Assembly: GCA_951406725.2 (NCBI GenBank)
Contig: CATOCA020000001.1
Location: 5,828,001 to 5,892,000, forward strand
Direction: 5' to 3'
DNA length: 64,000 bases
DNA from: Octopus vulgaris
Lineage: Eukaryota
The notes beneath the pieces are model-generated. The model was given only the letters and a program-made list of their open reading frames with translations, did not search any database and was not told the origin of the DNA. Both the position numbers and the translations under genes were made by a program. The stretch's first letter is position 1. Each line of letters opens with the position of its first letter. Shown here piece after piece: positions 13,108 through 25,872 of this stretch.

Positions 13108-13660
13108 GTGAGTATAAAATACCTAATTGATTTCTATAAATTTTGCTTTCAGTTAAACTTTTGACTGAGAACAGATTCCATTCCTAGTTTCCAATTGAAA
13201 GTTTAGCTATAAAGTAAAGATATCACTGAAATTTCATAAAATATCCACCGAGGTCAGCACAGGTGTAAAATATTTGAATTAGAAGATACAGTCGAGTTAA
13301 TATTGTCGTTTGTAAAAGGGGACTCAAGAATAATGGTGTTAAAGAGTAAACAGGTGAGTTAATGACAATGTTTTAGTTTGTTTACGTTTTTGGAAAGTTC
13401 ACAGATTGGTTGTTATTGTTGTTGTTGCTGAGGCAGATATCTGTTTTAATCTGGCAGAGTTAAGAGGGAAGGTTTCCAGATGTGACATCATTCTTTCTCT
13501 TGGATGAAGAGGACCACATTATCGAATGCAACCTTTTTAAACACGAGAGTTTGCATTATGTGTGACATGCTGTGTTCTCTTTGATTGTAGTTCTTTAGTC
13601 CCTGGTCAATATATAGTGCCAGTCTCTATAGAAAACAGTCCCCCATTGTTGACTGTGTCC

Positions 13661-13740
13661 ATGGCTGGATTGAACTCAGTATTGTAAATTAATGAAACTC
13701 ATGGCTGGATTGAACTCAGTATTGTAAATTAATGAAACTC
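13661..13740. repeat. Exact 40-bp tandem duplication
   Basis: ATGGCTGGATTGAACTCAGTATTGTAAATTAATGAAACTC occurs at 13661-13700 and 13701-13740. Confidence 0.95.
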
Positions 13741-14209
13741 ACGTTTCATCCGAAAATTCAAACTCAACTTGATTTTGTTTATCAATTGAAATCATTTCAC
13801 TCTCCTTTACTGGAAAGGCATGAACATCACAGTATCCCATTTCCTCTTGTCTGAAAGTTTAACAACATTAAATATCATTTATACAATATTCCTATTATTT
13901 ACAGCAATATCCCTATCGTGGTTCGTAGACTGAACCAGAAGAGAGATGTCTTTACCAGGACATTGAGCTGTGCTGGGGACTAGATTTGAACCTTTCATCC
14001 GTGACTCAAGAGGTTGTAACGTTATCCACTCAGTCAGCTGATTGAAATGATTTATCTAAATTAAGAGAGGACATCATTTGTGACATTGCTAATTTGTTAT
14101 TTCTCTAGCAGTCATACAAAATGTACCAGTCATATACTGGGGTAAAAATCAATCCATTAACACCAGTCCAATATAATCAACATCTTACGTTCATTTCTCC
14201 AAGTTTGTA

Positions 14210-15000
14210 TGTGTCAGACGACTTCTCCCACAGTCGTTGTGGTTGTTTGTCAGGTTTAATCGCTTGTTTTCTTCTACTTGAATTCCAGGCACTTCTTTAT
14301 CCAAATTTCATTTACCATATCCCTTCTAAATCTATACTATATTGTGCACTATCACAGATTCTTCTGAGACCCAGTTTTCCCTAACCCCAGGTTTTCAACA
14401 CATTAACATTACACTTCTAGTGATGTATGCTCACCTCATTTCTTGCCAGTTTTCCTGCATCTTCTACATTAAATGCAACATTGCACTTTATAAATACACC
14501 TCATGCAATCTCTCCTTCATTTGGAGACAGAATCCCATAGTTGGCTGTAGACATAACAGTTCCCTGTACATTTTCCATCCCATTTTTCCTCAAAGTACTG
14601 CACTTTGAGAATAGACCCCCACCCACCCACTTCTAATTATGTCTCTTAGGTTAGAGAAACTATATGTCTTTCATACTTGTTCTTACTACAAACTAATCCC
14701 GTGTATCTGCTACTTAAAAAGTCATTCCCCAACCCTAACCCGTCCTCCCTGTAAACTTGCCTGTGATACCACTGCACCTATTGCGTACATTAGATAAACC
14801 ATATAGAATTCCTATTAACCCCTTTTCTCTCCCCTGCATATAAATTGTGATAACTTTCCAGATGTTGTAGATGTTTGAGGATGCAGGGATTCTTTCAGGA
14901 CCCAAGTGTTGTAGGTGTATGGTGTAGATGTTCTGTTATTGCCTACAAACTAAAACTCTTCTCATTGCTTCGTTTACTCTTGGGCCTCTCCTGTAGGAGA
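14210..15000 (-). pseudogene. Highly decayed RTE-clade LINE RT/C-terminal fragment
   Basis: Minus-strand remnants MGWKMYRELLCL (compare GWKKFRELLPLL) and a DSFCYLGD-like stretch at ~14640-14665. Boundaries are approximate. Confidence 0.45.
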
Positions 15001-15986
15001 TTCTTTTGAAATTGTGGCCTTCAGCCAGTGAAGGAATCCCTTTTTAGGAGTCAGTATTCCAAAACTACCTTTTCAGCTGGTATCTTCTATAATATGTGAT
15101 ATGTACCTAACAGTGTTATATTTTTACTTTGTGCCGTTGAAGTCATTCCCCACTTTCGAGATATTTCTGAATTTTGATAATCTTTAATTATTTACAAATC
15201 ATAGGAGGGACCACATCACAGGTGACTATTTCAGTCTTTGAATATGGGATGTTATCAAAACGACTGAAATTGAGTTCCTCTGAAGAGTGCCTGGAGTAAC
15301 GCGTGCAGCTTCGAAATTTGGGTGTCTCTCCAGGTCAAACGACTGCTTCTCTGCATTGAGAGGTCACAACTGCTCCAATACTACCGGCATGTGATTAAAA
15401 TGTCTCAGGAAAGAATCATAAGAGGATTCATCGAGCTGAGCCAACTGACAGAAGACCTGGGGCTAAACCAAGAATAAATTTTTGCATAAAAACCATAGTT
15501 TCAATTGGTTGTGCTTGGAAATCCTCTCAGAATTTCTAATCAAGGTTACTTTAGATAGAATCGTATGAAGGAGGTGCCTGAGGACTCTACCCCTATAACC
15601 CTCCTATGAAGAGAGGGCAAAGAAATTGAATGGATAGATGAAATGGTGTAACTATTGGTAGTCTTTGTTGATTCTTGAGCTTTTCGTATACTGCTGCCCA
15701 CACAAACACTTCTGCCAGTTGTTTACCAGAAGATTTCTCATGTGTAACTTTCAATTTTATTCGATCCTTAAATGTTTTCTCCAATTCCAGCTTTTATTTC
15801 AACTTGTTTCTTATTTTTCTCAAACTCTTTAGAAACAGATAACAATGTCTTCTATTTTCCGTGTTTCTTCAGTATTTCTCATTCGTCTATTCACATAATT
15901 TCTTTGTCAGTTCTATAATTTACAGTTCACAGGTTTTATATTATCGTTAATGCTTTTGCAATTATTTCTTATTGTATCTTTTGCAG

Positions 15987-16192
15987 GAAGGGAATTAGAA
16001 ATTACAGACGAGGACCTGCAAATAGTCAGGCACGAAAATCCTTATAACATTGTGGAACAAGGCTATCAGATGCTTCTCAAATGGTTCCAAAGTTGCGATC
16101 CAGCGAAACGTACACCTCAAACATTAAAAGAAGCACTTTTAGAAACCGAATGTTTCGTGGCAGCTGAATGTTTATTATCAGACTTCAGTTGA
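15987..16192 (+). CDS. Terminal coding exon completing the Death domain
   Basis: Acceptor cttttgcAG at 15986, phase 1. Translation (G)RELEITDEDLQIVRHENPYNIVEQGYQMLLKWFQSCDPAKRTPQTLKEALLETECFVAAECLLSDFS*, with stop TGA at 16190-16192. EQ.YQML..W and T...L..AL are Death-domain hallmarks. Confidence 0.9.
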
Positions 16193-16426
16193 ATTTCTTG
16201 GAAATATTGCTGTTGTTTAACGCCAAGTTTACCTTCACCACACACAGGCATATGATTAAATGCCTTCCATCCAGGACCATCATGTTTTCCTTGTCTAATG
16301 TGTCATTCTTTAAGATGATAAGTGATGAATGGAGTAGGATTCGGCTACTAATTCTAGCAGATCTATTTACCACATGGAGATCTCTTTATTTGTTTAGCTC
16401 CCTTTTTGTTGGAGATTAACTTTGGA

Positions 16427-16432
16427 AATAAA
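16427..16432 (+). promoter_or_regulatory. Candidate polyadenylation signal of the RING-Death gene
   Basis: AATAAA ~235 nt after the stop codon, followed by a GT-rich tract (TTGTTATTGGTGTTGTTGTTG). Confidence 0.6.
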
Positions 16433-16669
16433 GATTGAAATTTCATTTGTTATTGGTGTTGTTGTTGTAAGCCCCGGCATCTCCCTAAATACTTCCATTG
16501 TTATATAAACAGTTTAAATATCCTGTGAAATTTTCCCAAAAAAGGAAAGTGTAATTCCATTTTGTGAAACTTACTTAAAATGTATATTTTGCTGTCAAAT
16601 AGAACCTCCTTATAGACACGATTGTTAGTAAATATACAGTTTCTATTTCTCTCAGCCAATAGTTTTACA

Positions 16670-18150
16670 TTAGGCTTCATCCAAACTCTAGAAAGTGAAA
16701 CTTACAGCTGACCACGGGAGAAGAATTGTGTTGGAAGATATATTCCAGTTTGTTTAAATGTCTGTTCCTGTGCTTTGTTGCATGTCAAGGCAAAGAGTGG
16801 TTCCACAGGAAATTGTTTGTATGGTAACTATGAATGGGAACTCCATTCCTTGAGACCCATTTGGAATCCCTGAGATTGATCCTGCAAAAGAATCACAAGC
16901 AACCCCGGCAGCAATAATAAGTTCTTGGAAGTAGATAATAACGTAGCCTGTGTCATTGCAATGGTCTTGTTTAGCATCTAAATTCTTCAAAAACCTAATG
17001 CAGCCTCTTGTCTTTCGTGTGAGGATATGTCCATGGAAACCCTGATGGTAGGAGTTTGTTGATGAATTTGATTAGGTACAGAGCTTCTTTATCAACTGTA
17101 TCTGAGCTTCTGCATATCTTTACCTCACCAGGGATCCTGGTCAACATGAATTCATTTACAAATTGTGATATTTCATTTGTTGGAGTAATAATGGGTCTGT
17201 TTGCAAGCCACATGGGGTCTCTGAAATTATTTGCAAGACAACATCACATAAACTTGACAGGCCAAAGTTGTAAAGCAGGTTGATTTTGGATGCACCTAGA
17301 CTTTGTTCGACAGAAATATCACCATTTCCAGCATCAAAATGGTGATTAACAGACTCCTTTTCATCAGAATGACCTTTTGTAAGAAGTCTTAGATTGGTTC
17401 CTATCTTCACTATTTCTACTCAATCCTCAAGAAAGGATCTGTATCAACAAATTATAATCTTCCAAGATGACATAACTGCAAGAATTTGTTTTCTATCACC
17501 AGACAGTAATATAGTAAATTCACAAACAGGTTTGTTACAGTCTCACACATCATTCAATCTCCTTTCAAGGCACTCACAGAGATGCTTAGGCCCCATCCTG
17601 GTCCCATCGATAACTAAGAGACCAGATTGAGGCACAAATTCTCTTGTGGCATCTCTCTTTGTGAGTCTTAATATTGATTTTGTAGTCTCACTGAGAGAAA
17701 TCCTGGACATAGAATGAAGAACTCTCCCTTTCAGAAGCAAAGTGGTTGCAATAGTAGACGTGGGAGTAGCAACTATCAAGTATGATGTTGATTACATAGG
17801 TTTTCCCTGTGCCACCATTTGCATTTAAGAACAGAATTCTTCCTTCTTTTACTATTTATGGACCTGATAGCTTTATCAAAATCTAGTCGTTGTTCAATGT
17901 CTAAAGTTGGCAGAAGTTTATTAATACATTTTTTCACCTTAAAAATGGTTTCTTCTCTAAGCCCAATTGGAATATTAGCTACTTCAACAATTCTTGTATC
18001 TGGTCAAGGAAGACCATTGTGGCTGTAGATATGGAAGCTGTCAACTTCAAGCTTCCTTTGGATATTTATAAGAAAAATGTTCACTTTCCGTTTAGAGACG
18101 ATTTCTTCATTGTTCTGGTGCATATTTTCTTCAGCAACATAATTCTTCCA
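16670..18150 (-). pseudogene. Helitron (Pif1-like) helicase relic
   Basis: Minus-strand motifs in the expected order: GGTGKT (~17800-17817), STIATTLLLKGRVLHS, LLVIDG, LLSGDRKQIL, RPIITPTNE, KNLD..HCND, QFPV..FALTCNKAQ, FSRGQL*VSLSR. Frameshifted. Confidence 0.85.
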
Positions 18151-18968
18151 GAAAACAGGACGATCACCTGACATGCATATTCCAATTGGGACAGAAAATC
18201 GATTTTATTTTATTTTGTCAGCGGTTTTATCGGGATTCGTGCTTTCAACCCTAGGCTACTTAAAGCAACACATTATCGAGATGGATGTCAGCCAAATTAA
18301 AATAAACAAACTCTCGCCCACAGCAGGAACAAACCGACCTCTTCTCTCCATAAATACACGCGGACGTTCAACTATAAGAAGCATGTATTCGAGAATGTTC
18401 TTTCTTTTAAAAATGGAAATTACATTTTAAATTAAACATACTTTTTTTCCCTATTACCTAAATATATTCGCAAATTTTAGGATTTAGTTCACTTTTCTTC
18501 TATTCCATTGCATTCACTTCTTTCCTGTTCCATTCACATCCCTTCCGGTCTGATCCCTTTCCTCTCGTATTTGACTCTCACAGTTTTGCAGCTTAAAATA
18601 GGACGACAACCGGTGCACGGCTGCACTAAACTGTACTAGCCTTGCATATTCTTGCTCTCCCCTCTTTGTATTGCTCAGGCACTGGCTTATCTTTGGAGCT
18701 TTCTGACCAAATGCTAATACGAAAAAAGAAATTTAATTAATTTCCAAGAAATTAAGAAAACAAATGATAAAAACGTTTCATATTTTATCATGTGAGATTT
18801 GGCTGTTGCTTCTAGCAGGTGCAACCACAATCGAGGCTGTGTGACGATAGCAGGGAGGAGCGAAGCTAAGGGGTAAGAATCGTAATATTAAAAAAGCGAA
18901 ATTTTTAGATGTAAAACGACAAACGAATTAGTGATGAGGAGAAGTGTTCGATATTTATTGATAATATA

Positions 18969-19454
18969 TTAGTTAGTTAGTTAGTTAGTTAATTTGGCTC
19001 AAAAGCAAATAGCAAGGCCATGTAGGGGGACATGGAGTTAAGTACAGGGTGGTGTTCATGTAAAAAGTTCAGGCCACTTGAGGTCCAGGGAGGCTTTGAA
19101 CAAAGCGGTCGTCGGCATCTTCACCATCTCGTCTGGCAGCTTGTTCCACGGATCCGCAACCCGGACGGAGAAAGCTCCTCTCCTTCGATTGAGATGAAAT
19201 CGTCTCAGGTAGAGCTTTTCGGAATGACCCCGCAGCCGACGCTCTGGAGCAGGAGTGAAGAACAGTTCTTTCGAGAGGTTACACTTTCCGCTTATGATGT
19301 TGTGGGCGAGAATGAGATCACCACGGCGGCGGCGTTTTTCAAGAGAATAAAGGTCGAGCGTCTTCAGCCTTTCTTCGTAGGACAAATTTTTGAGACCATG
19401 AACCATGCGGGTAGCCAGCTTCTGGACTCTTTCGAGATGCTGTATGTTTAACAC
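18969..19454 (-). mobile_element. 5'-truncated CR1-clade LINE 3' end with (TAAC)n tail
   Basis: ORF 19056-19454: LERVQKLATRMV..SYEERLKTLDLYSLEKRRRRGDLI..LRGH..FSVRVADPWNKLP. (TTAG)n at 18969-18991. Confidence 0.9.
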
Positions 19455-19624
19455 TTCGATCTATTATTTGCATGAAATCATATTTGGAAATCTTCACAAA
19501 CTGCGCAGAAAAACAGATTTTATTTCGCATAAAAGAAAACAATAGAATTTAAAGTAAAAGGGATCTAATAAGAGTTATTATTCTTACCGTTTCAACGTTG
19601 ACTCCTCCCACTTCATCGTATACG

Positions 19625-21675
19625 TGTCTCCGCCCATTTTTGCTTCCTTTATTAACTCATACTCTTCCTCTATTGGTAAATATATTTATTATTCTCTCGC
19701 GCTCTCCCCCTCTTTCTATGTCTCTCTCTCTTTCTCTCTCTTCTCCTCCGCCTCTCACCTCATCATAAATTACACAATGCTTCCCCCTCCCCTTCTCTCT
19801 TTCTTATTAAACACAAATAGCATTTTCTTTCTCCCTCCCTCAAAACATATCCTCCCACTTCTCCCTCTTTCTCTCCTTTCTCTCTGCACCTCATTATATA
19901 TTCATGTTTAACCACCCCGCCTGCCTTACTATATCGTTCACCTCATCCTCTCCCTCACTTCCTAAACGTATATATATCAGTCCCCCCTCTCTCTGTCTCA
20001 CTCTCTCTCACGCACTCACTCTCACACTCTCTCTGCTACCTCATATATTAATATATCCCTCCCCTTCTTTAGGTTTTCTCTCCTTTTTCTTTCCCTCTCA
20101 GCACCCCACACATTACTGTATCCCTCCCCCTCCCCTAGATTTCCCTATCTCTCTTTTTCCTTTCTTTCTCGCTTCCTCTCTTCCCCTCTCTCTCTCACAC
20201 ATTCTGTCTTTCTCTCTCCCACTCTCATTCTTTCTCTGAGTGAAGAAGCGTCTATAAAACGTATTGGTGGTCTGTTATCTTGCTAGAAATAACAGCCCAT
20301 TACGCTATACTTTACATTGTTATCACGAAGGACACTTTAAGAAGATTCTGGAGAAATATAGTCCAATTGGTTATCAAATGTGATGCTAGAAATAACAGCC
20401 AAGTATGTTAAAGTTTGGTTTTGTGTTTCATATGAAAATGAAGGACACTTCGAAACTCTTCTCTCTCCTTCCTCATTCTGTATTAATACCTCATCCTTCC
20501 CCTCTTCCTTTCTCTAATACATGATAGACTCCCTCTCTTATCACACACATCATTCCCTCTCCTTCTCTCCTCCTCTCCCTCCCCCTCTTTCACTTATTTA
20601 TGTTATTGTTTAACCCCGCCTCCCTCATCCCTCGTTTTCTCTCAACTCTTACTCTCCCTCCCTCACAAATCATATATCTCATACGTCATCTCTTTTTCCT
20701 TCCCCCTTCCTCACTTTTTGTCTCTCTCCCTCCCTCATTACCACCTCATATCTCGTACTCTCCCTCTACCACTTTTGCGCTCCGCCCCACGTCACACTCT
20801 CCCTTTCTTTCTAAACCTATGTATCATTCTCTCTCTCCCTCCACCTCCTTATATAATATTCTCTCATTCTCTTACCTCATTCTTTCCCTCCCTTTCTCCT
20901 CCCTTTCCCTCTCCCTCTCTTTCTCTCTGTCTCTCTTTCTCTCTCTTTGCTCTCTCCATTTCTCTATCTCAGTCTCTCTCTTTCTCCCTCTCGCTTCTTA
21001 TGTCTCTCTCTGTCTCCGTGTCTCTGTTTTCCTGTCTCTCTCTTTCTCTCTCTCTCCCACTCCCTCTCTCTATTACCTCATTATATATTAATGCTCCGCC
21101 TTTTTACTCTTTCTCTCTCATCTCATACTCCTCCTCTCTTCTTAACATTTATTTCTCTAATCCCTCCTCCTTCCTCCCCTCTCTCTCCCTCCCCCTCTTT
21201 CTTCTCATCACTTTCTTTCTTTCTTCCTTTCCTTCTTTCTTTCTTTCTTTCTTTCCTTTCTTTCTTTCTTCCTTCCTTCATTTCTCTCATTCTTTCTTTC
21301 TTTCTTTCCTTCCTTCCTTTATTTTCCTTATTTCTTTGTTTTTCTTTCTGTTTTTCATTTCCTTCTTCTTACCTTCATTCTTTTTTTCTTTCTTCCCTCT
21401 CATCTTTCCTTCTTCAATCCGTCTTTCCTTTTTCTTCCTTTCTTTCTTCTGTCATTGCTTCGTTTCCTTTCCTTGTCTCCTTTTTCTCTCTCTCCCTCTC
21501 ACCCTGCTCTTATCCTTCTCACTTTCATTCCTTCTTTTTCCTTCTTCCTTTCTTTTATCTTTTTATCTTTCATTCTTTCTATCTTTCCCTCTTTTTCCTT
21601 CTAACCTTCTTTCTTTTCTGTTTCCCTTTCTTTCATTCTTTCTTTCTCTCTTTCTTTCTTTCTTTCCTTTTTTTA

Positions 21676-21706
<31 letters not shown>

Positions 21707-22115
21707 TGTTTCTGTCTCTCTTTCTTTCTTTCTTTCCTTACTGCCTTTTTTCCTTCTTTCTTTCCTTACTGCCATTCTTTCCTTCCTTCTTTTACTTCCT
21801 TATTTCCTTCTGTCCTTCTTTCCTTCTTTCCTTCTTTTTCCTTCCTTCCTTCCTTCCTTCCCTCCTTCCTTCCTTCCTTCCTTTCTTTCTTTCTTTCTTT
21901 CTCTCTCCCCGCTCCCATTTCATGCATTATTACAGAATCACGTTACTTTATTCCTTCCCTACTCTTTTCTTTCTTTCCTTCTTTTTTTCTCTTTTCATTC
22001 TTCCTTTCTCTCTCTCTCTCTCACTCTCACACTTTCTTTCATTCTTTCCTTCTTTTTACTCTCTCTCTCTCTCTCACTCTCTTTCTTTCCCTTAATCTCA
22101 TTGTTTCCCTCCCAA
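19625..22115. repeat. Very long polypyrimidine (CT/CTTT/CCTT) low-complexity region
   Basis: Strongly C+T-biased + strand, interrupted only at ~20240-20460. Confidence 0.92.
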
Positions 22116-23889
22116 AACCATTTCGACTTTTATAAAAGAATCTCACCTCTCTATTGTCTCGCATCATTCGTGAAACAGCAACCAAACACCTTGAAATTCC
22201 TAAAGTTTTTGTTTTATAAAAGCAGGACACTTGACGAAGTGTCTATCAGACATATTGTCCTACGGGTGGTCGGGTAAGATGGTAGAAATAACAGTTCAGT
22301 ACACTATATTCTGCCTTGTTTTTCATGAAAGATTGAAGGAGACTTTAAGAAGCATCCGGAGGAATAATATACAATTGGTGGGCCTAGGTGATGCTAGAAA
22401 TAACAGCCAAGTATATCAAAGTTTTGTGTTGTCACTCATATAAAAATTAAGCGTACTTAGAAAATCCTCTCTCTTCCACCTCAGCATATATTAATATACC
22501 CCTCCCCACAATCTAAGCCGAATACCCCTAACCTCTAAGCCACTTCACTCCAGCGACCATGCAAACTGTGTGATGATTGCAGGCAGAGTGAAAGGAAAAG
22601 TAAAGAATTGGAAATGTGAAAAAGCGAAATAAAAAACGAATCAGTGACGTGGAGTCGCAATCTGTACTAATTCCATTGATCAATGTTCGATATTTATCGA
22701 TAATGTGTTATAAACACTATTTTATATTATTCTCACTCTTTTTAATGATAGGCATCATTCGCCGTCGCTCCGCCCCTTTCTCTCCCTCCACACCCCGCTC
22801 GATGCTCTCTAAAGCGGAGTTCCATCCAGATGTCCTCACATCCGATTCTCTCATCAATAGGCGAACCGTTGTTCCGTCCGTCTCTTTGCCATTGTCGGCC
22901 GATTTGTGTGTGTGTGTGTCCATATATTGGATTGGTGCATAATTATTGCGGCTTTTTTCAACAAATTTTATTCAACAAAATCAATAACATGTAACTAAAA
23001 CATCTTTAAATGATTATTCCGGAGCATATTCACCATCTACTTCAATAACTGCTTCCCATTCGCTTGATAGACGGTCATGTAAAGATGTTTCTGATAAATA
23101 GTTTTATTGTTTTTGTTGAATATTATTTGTTGAAAAATAGCCGCAATAATTATGCACCAACCCAATATTTTACCTGACCCTAGGATGGTGTGATATCTTG
23201 AATTGAGCGTGACATGGATTAAAGTGAGGGAAGGTTGCACAATAGCATTTGGCTCACTCTCTCGTCCTTTCCTATGTGATTCCAGTGGAAGGATGAAGTC
23301 AAGAAAACTACAGACAGGTTGCAGTTCACCCTCCACAAAGCTTGCGGGTCCATTGAGCCTGTCTAGTGGTTTCCTCAGCACATTCCACCGGTTCACATCC
23401 TTAGATAGACAAACCCTAGCCCACCAATGGTTAAAGGCCGTGTGCTACCCTTACCATGGTTTAGCCAGCCTGTGGAAGCCGTGAGACTGGGTGTGGATAC
23501 TGTTGCATGCAGACAGCATTGATGAACCACAGGTGACAGGTGGGTGTCACAGGAGGAACAAAGCGGACGGACTACTCCAAAGGTCACTGCATATGCCTTT
23601 GACAGAGGTACTACTTGACCCCGTACACCTTGCACCCTAGAAAAAGTATTACAAGAGCAAAGAAAGCTTCAATTATGCGGGTCCAGAGTCGGCTTCTTGC
23701 CTTCAGACCCAGCAGACAACCATTGCCCGACCTGTGGCAAAGACTTCCCAGCACGTATCGGACTGGACGACCACTGCCGGACACACCGTTACCCATCTCC
23801 TTCTCCCATGTAATGTATTTGGTCATCGTCGACAACGACGGAAGAACTAATACCTGCCTCTGACTTGCTATTCTCATACGATGAAACAA

Positions 23890-24275
23890 GACTCTCTCTC
23901 TCTCCTACCTGTCTCTGTCACTCTATTTTCTCTCTCTCACTGTATATATCTCTGTCTGTCTGTGTGTCTCTGGCACCGTTGTGTCACTCGTCTCTCTCTT
24001 CCTGCCAGTTTCTCTCTCTCTCTCACTCCCAATCTATCTGTCTTTCTCTCTCTCTCTTTCTCCTCTTTCTCTCTGTGTCCCTGTCTGCCTCCCTCTCTCT
24101 CCCCTTCCCTCTTTCTCCCACTCTCTCTCTTACTCAATCTCCCACTCAATCTCTTTCTTTCTCCTCTTTCTCTCTCTCCCCTTCTCTCTTTCTCCCCTTC
24201 TCTCTTTCTCCCACTCCCTCTCTTACTCATTCTCCCTCTCTCTCTTTGTCTCTCACTCCCACTCTCTCTGTCTCT
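23890..24275. repeat. CT-rich low-complexity tract
   Basis: Direct inspection. Confidence 0.9.
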
Positions 24276-24714
24276 AATGCCTGCCTGATAGCCACCTGAC
24301 TGATTGATTTTCTTTTCGCATGATCGGACGGCGACGGTAAGCGGATCGATTTCGAATCACCGTTTGAGCAATTCCACTGAAACACGGACACACTCGCCAA
24401 ATTGTGGCCCACGAAAGAGACGGTTATCTGCGTCAGAGAAGGGGAAGCGAATCAACGGTTTGAGTTACACTCGAACATACACACGCAAGAAGCGACCTTT
24501 GCCACTTCGTTTTATTGTCAATGAAGGTCAGAAAGAAAATTTGACCCAAACGAGAGAATTTAATTAACAACATTAAGGGAAGTAATACTTCTTATTCTAC
24601 AAGAGTTATTGCCCTTGAACTGTTAAATTAAAGTTTCATCTTAAGGGCGATGACAAGCAGTAGAGCAGCTGTGAAGGTTCCGTATGTATGTGTGTGCATA
24701 TATATATACATAGA

Positions 24715-25470
24715 CGTAGGAGTGGCTGTGTGGCAAGTAGCTTGCTAACAAACCACATGGTTCTGGGTTCAGTCCTACTGCGTGGCATCTTGGGCAAGTG
24801 TCTTCTGCTATAGCCTCAGGCCAACCAATGCCTTGTGAGTGGATTTGGTAGACGGAAACTGAAAGAAGCCTGTCGTATATATGTATATAGACGTAGGAGT
24901 GGCTGTGTGGTAGGTAGCTTGCTAACCAACCACATGGTTCCGGGTTCAGTCCCACTGCGTGGCATCTTGGGCAAGTGTCTTCTGCTATAGCCTAAGGCCA
25001 ACCAATGCATTGTGAGTGGATTTGGTAGACGGAAACTGAAAGAAGCCTGTCGTATATATGTATATAGACTTAGGGGTGGCTGTGTGGTAAGTAGCTTGCT
25101 TACCAACCACATGGTTCCGGGTTCAGTCCCACTGCGTGGCATCTCGGGCCAAGTGCCTTCTGCTATAGCCCCGGGCCGACCAATGCCTTGTGAGTGGATT
25201 TGGTAGACAGAAACTGAAAGAAGCCTGTCGTATATATGTAATGCATATGTGTATATGTTTATGTGCCTGTGTTTGTCCCTCTAGCATTGCTTGACAACCT
25301 ATGCTGGTGTGTTTACGTCCCCGTCACTTAGCGGTTCGGCAAAAGAGACTGATAGAATAAGTACTAGGCTTACAAAGAATAAGCTCCGGGGTCGATTTGC
25401 TCGACTAAAGGCGGTGCTCCAGCATGGCCGCAGTCAAACGACTGAAACAAGTAAGAGAATAAGAAAAGAA
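24715..25470 (+). mobile_element. Three tandem 5' halves of the dominant SINE (~177-bp period) followed by one 3' half
   Basis: GGAGTGGCTGTGTGG..GAAAGAAGCCTGTCG starts at ~24719, ~24896 and ~25073. The tail GGCGGTGCTCCAGCATGGCC is at ~25410. Confidence 0.9.
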
Positions 25471-25488
25471 AGAAAGAAATGCACACAC

Positions 25489-25521
<33 letters not shown>

Positions 25522-25528
25522 TATATAG

Positions 25529-25579
<51 letters not shown>

Positions 25580-25740
25580 CGTATTTTTGCCATTTCAATA
25601 TGGCTAACCCCTAAGGTTGGATGCTACTGTAGTTTTTAGCCCCAGGAGGACACACTCCTCCAGCTGGCCATAGACAACACTATCTGTGTCCTGTCAGTAT
25701 TTGCAAAGGGAAGTCATCCTTCCCGTCTTCAACTTATGAT

Positions 25741-25776
25741 ACACACGGACTCGAGTTTCGAGGTATTGACCTCTCG

Positions 25777-25779
<3 letters not shown>
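25741..25779 (-). ncRNA. Hammerhead-like motif truncated by (TA)n
   Basis: Minus strand reads TGACGA gagg tcaata cctc GAAA ctcgag T C cgtgtgt. The first core C and the stem I 5' strand are replaced by the TA tract. Confidence 0.55.

Positions 25780-25870
<91 letters not shown>

Positions 25871-25872
<2 letters not shown>

Noticed and set aside
20718-22277. 519-aa and 382-aa F/L/S-rich membrane-protein-like ORFs
   Set aside because: Products of a CT-rich low-complexity tract with no domain signal.
23180-23865. GC-richer unique segment with several short ORFs
   Set aside because: No recognisable protein motif or splice structure. Its end (GGTCATCGTCGACAACGACGGAAGAAC) hints at a retroposon tail, but the evidence is too weak to annotate.
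24300-24520. CpG-enriched patch that might be a promoter
   Set aside because: No associated exon or core promoter motif could be supported.
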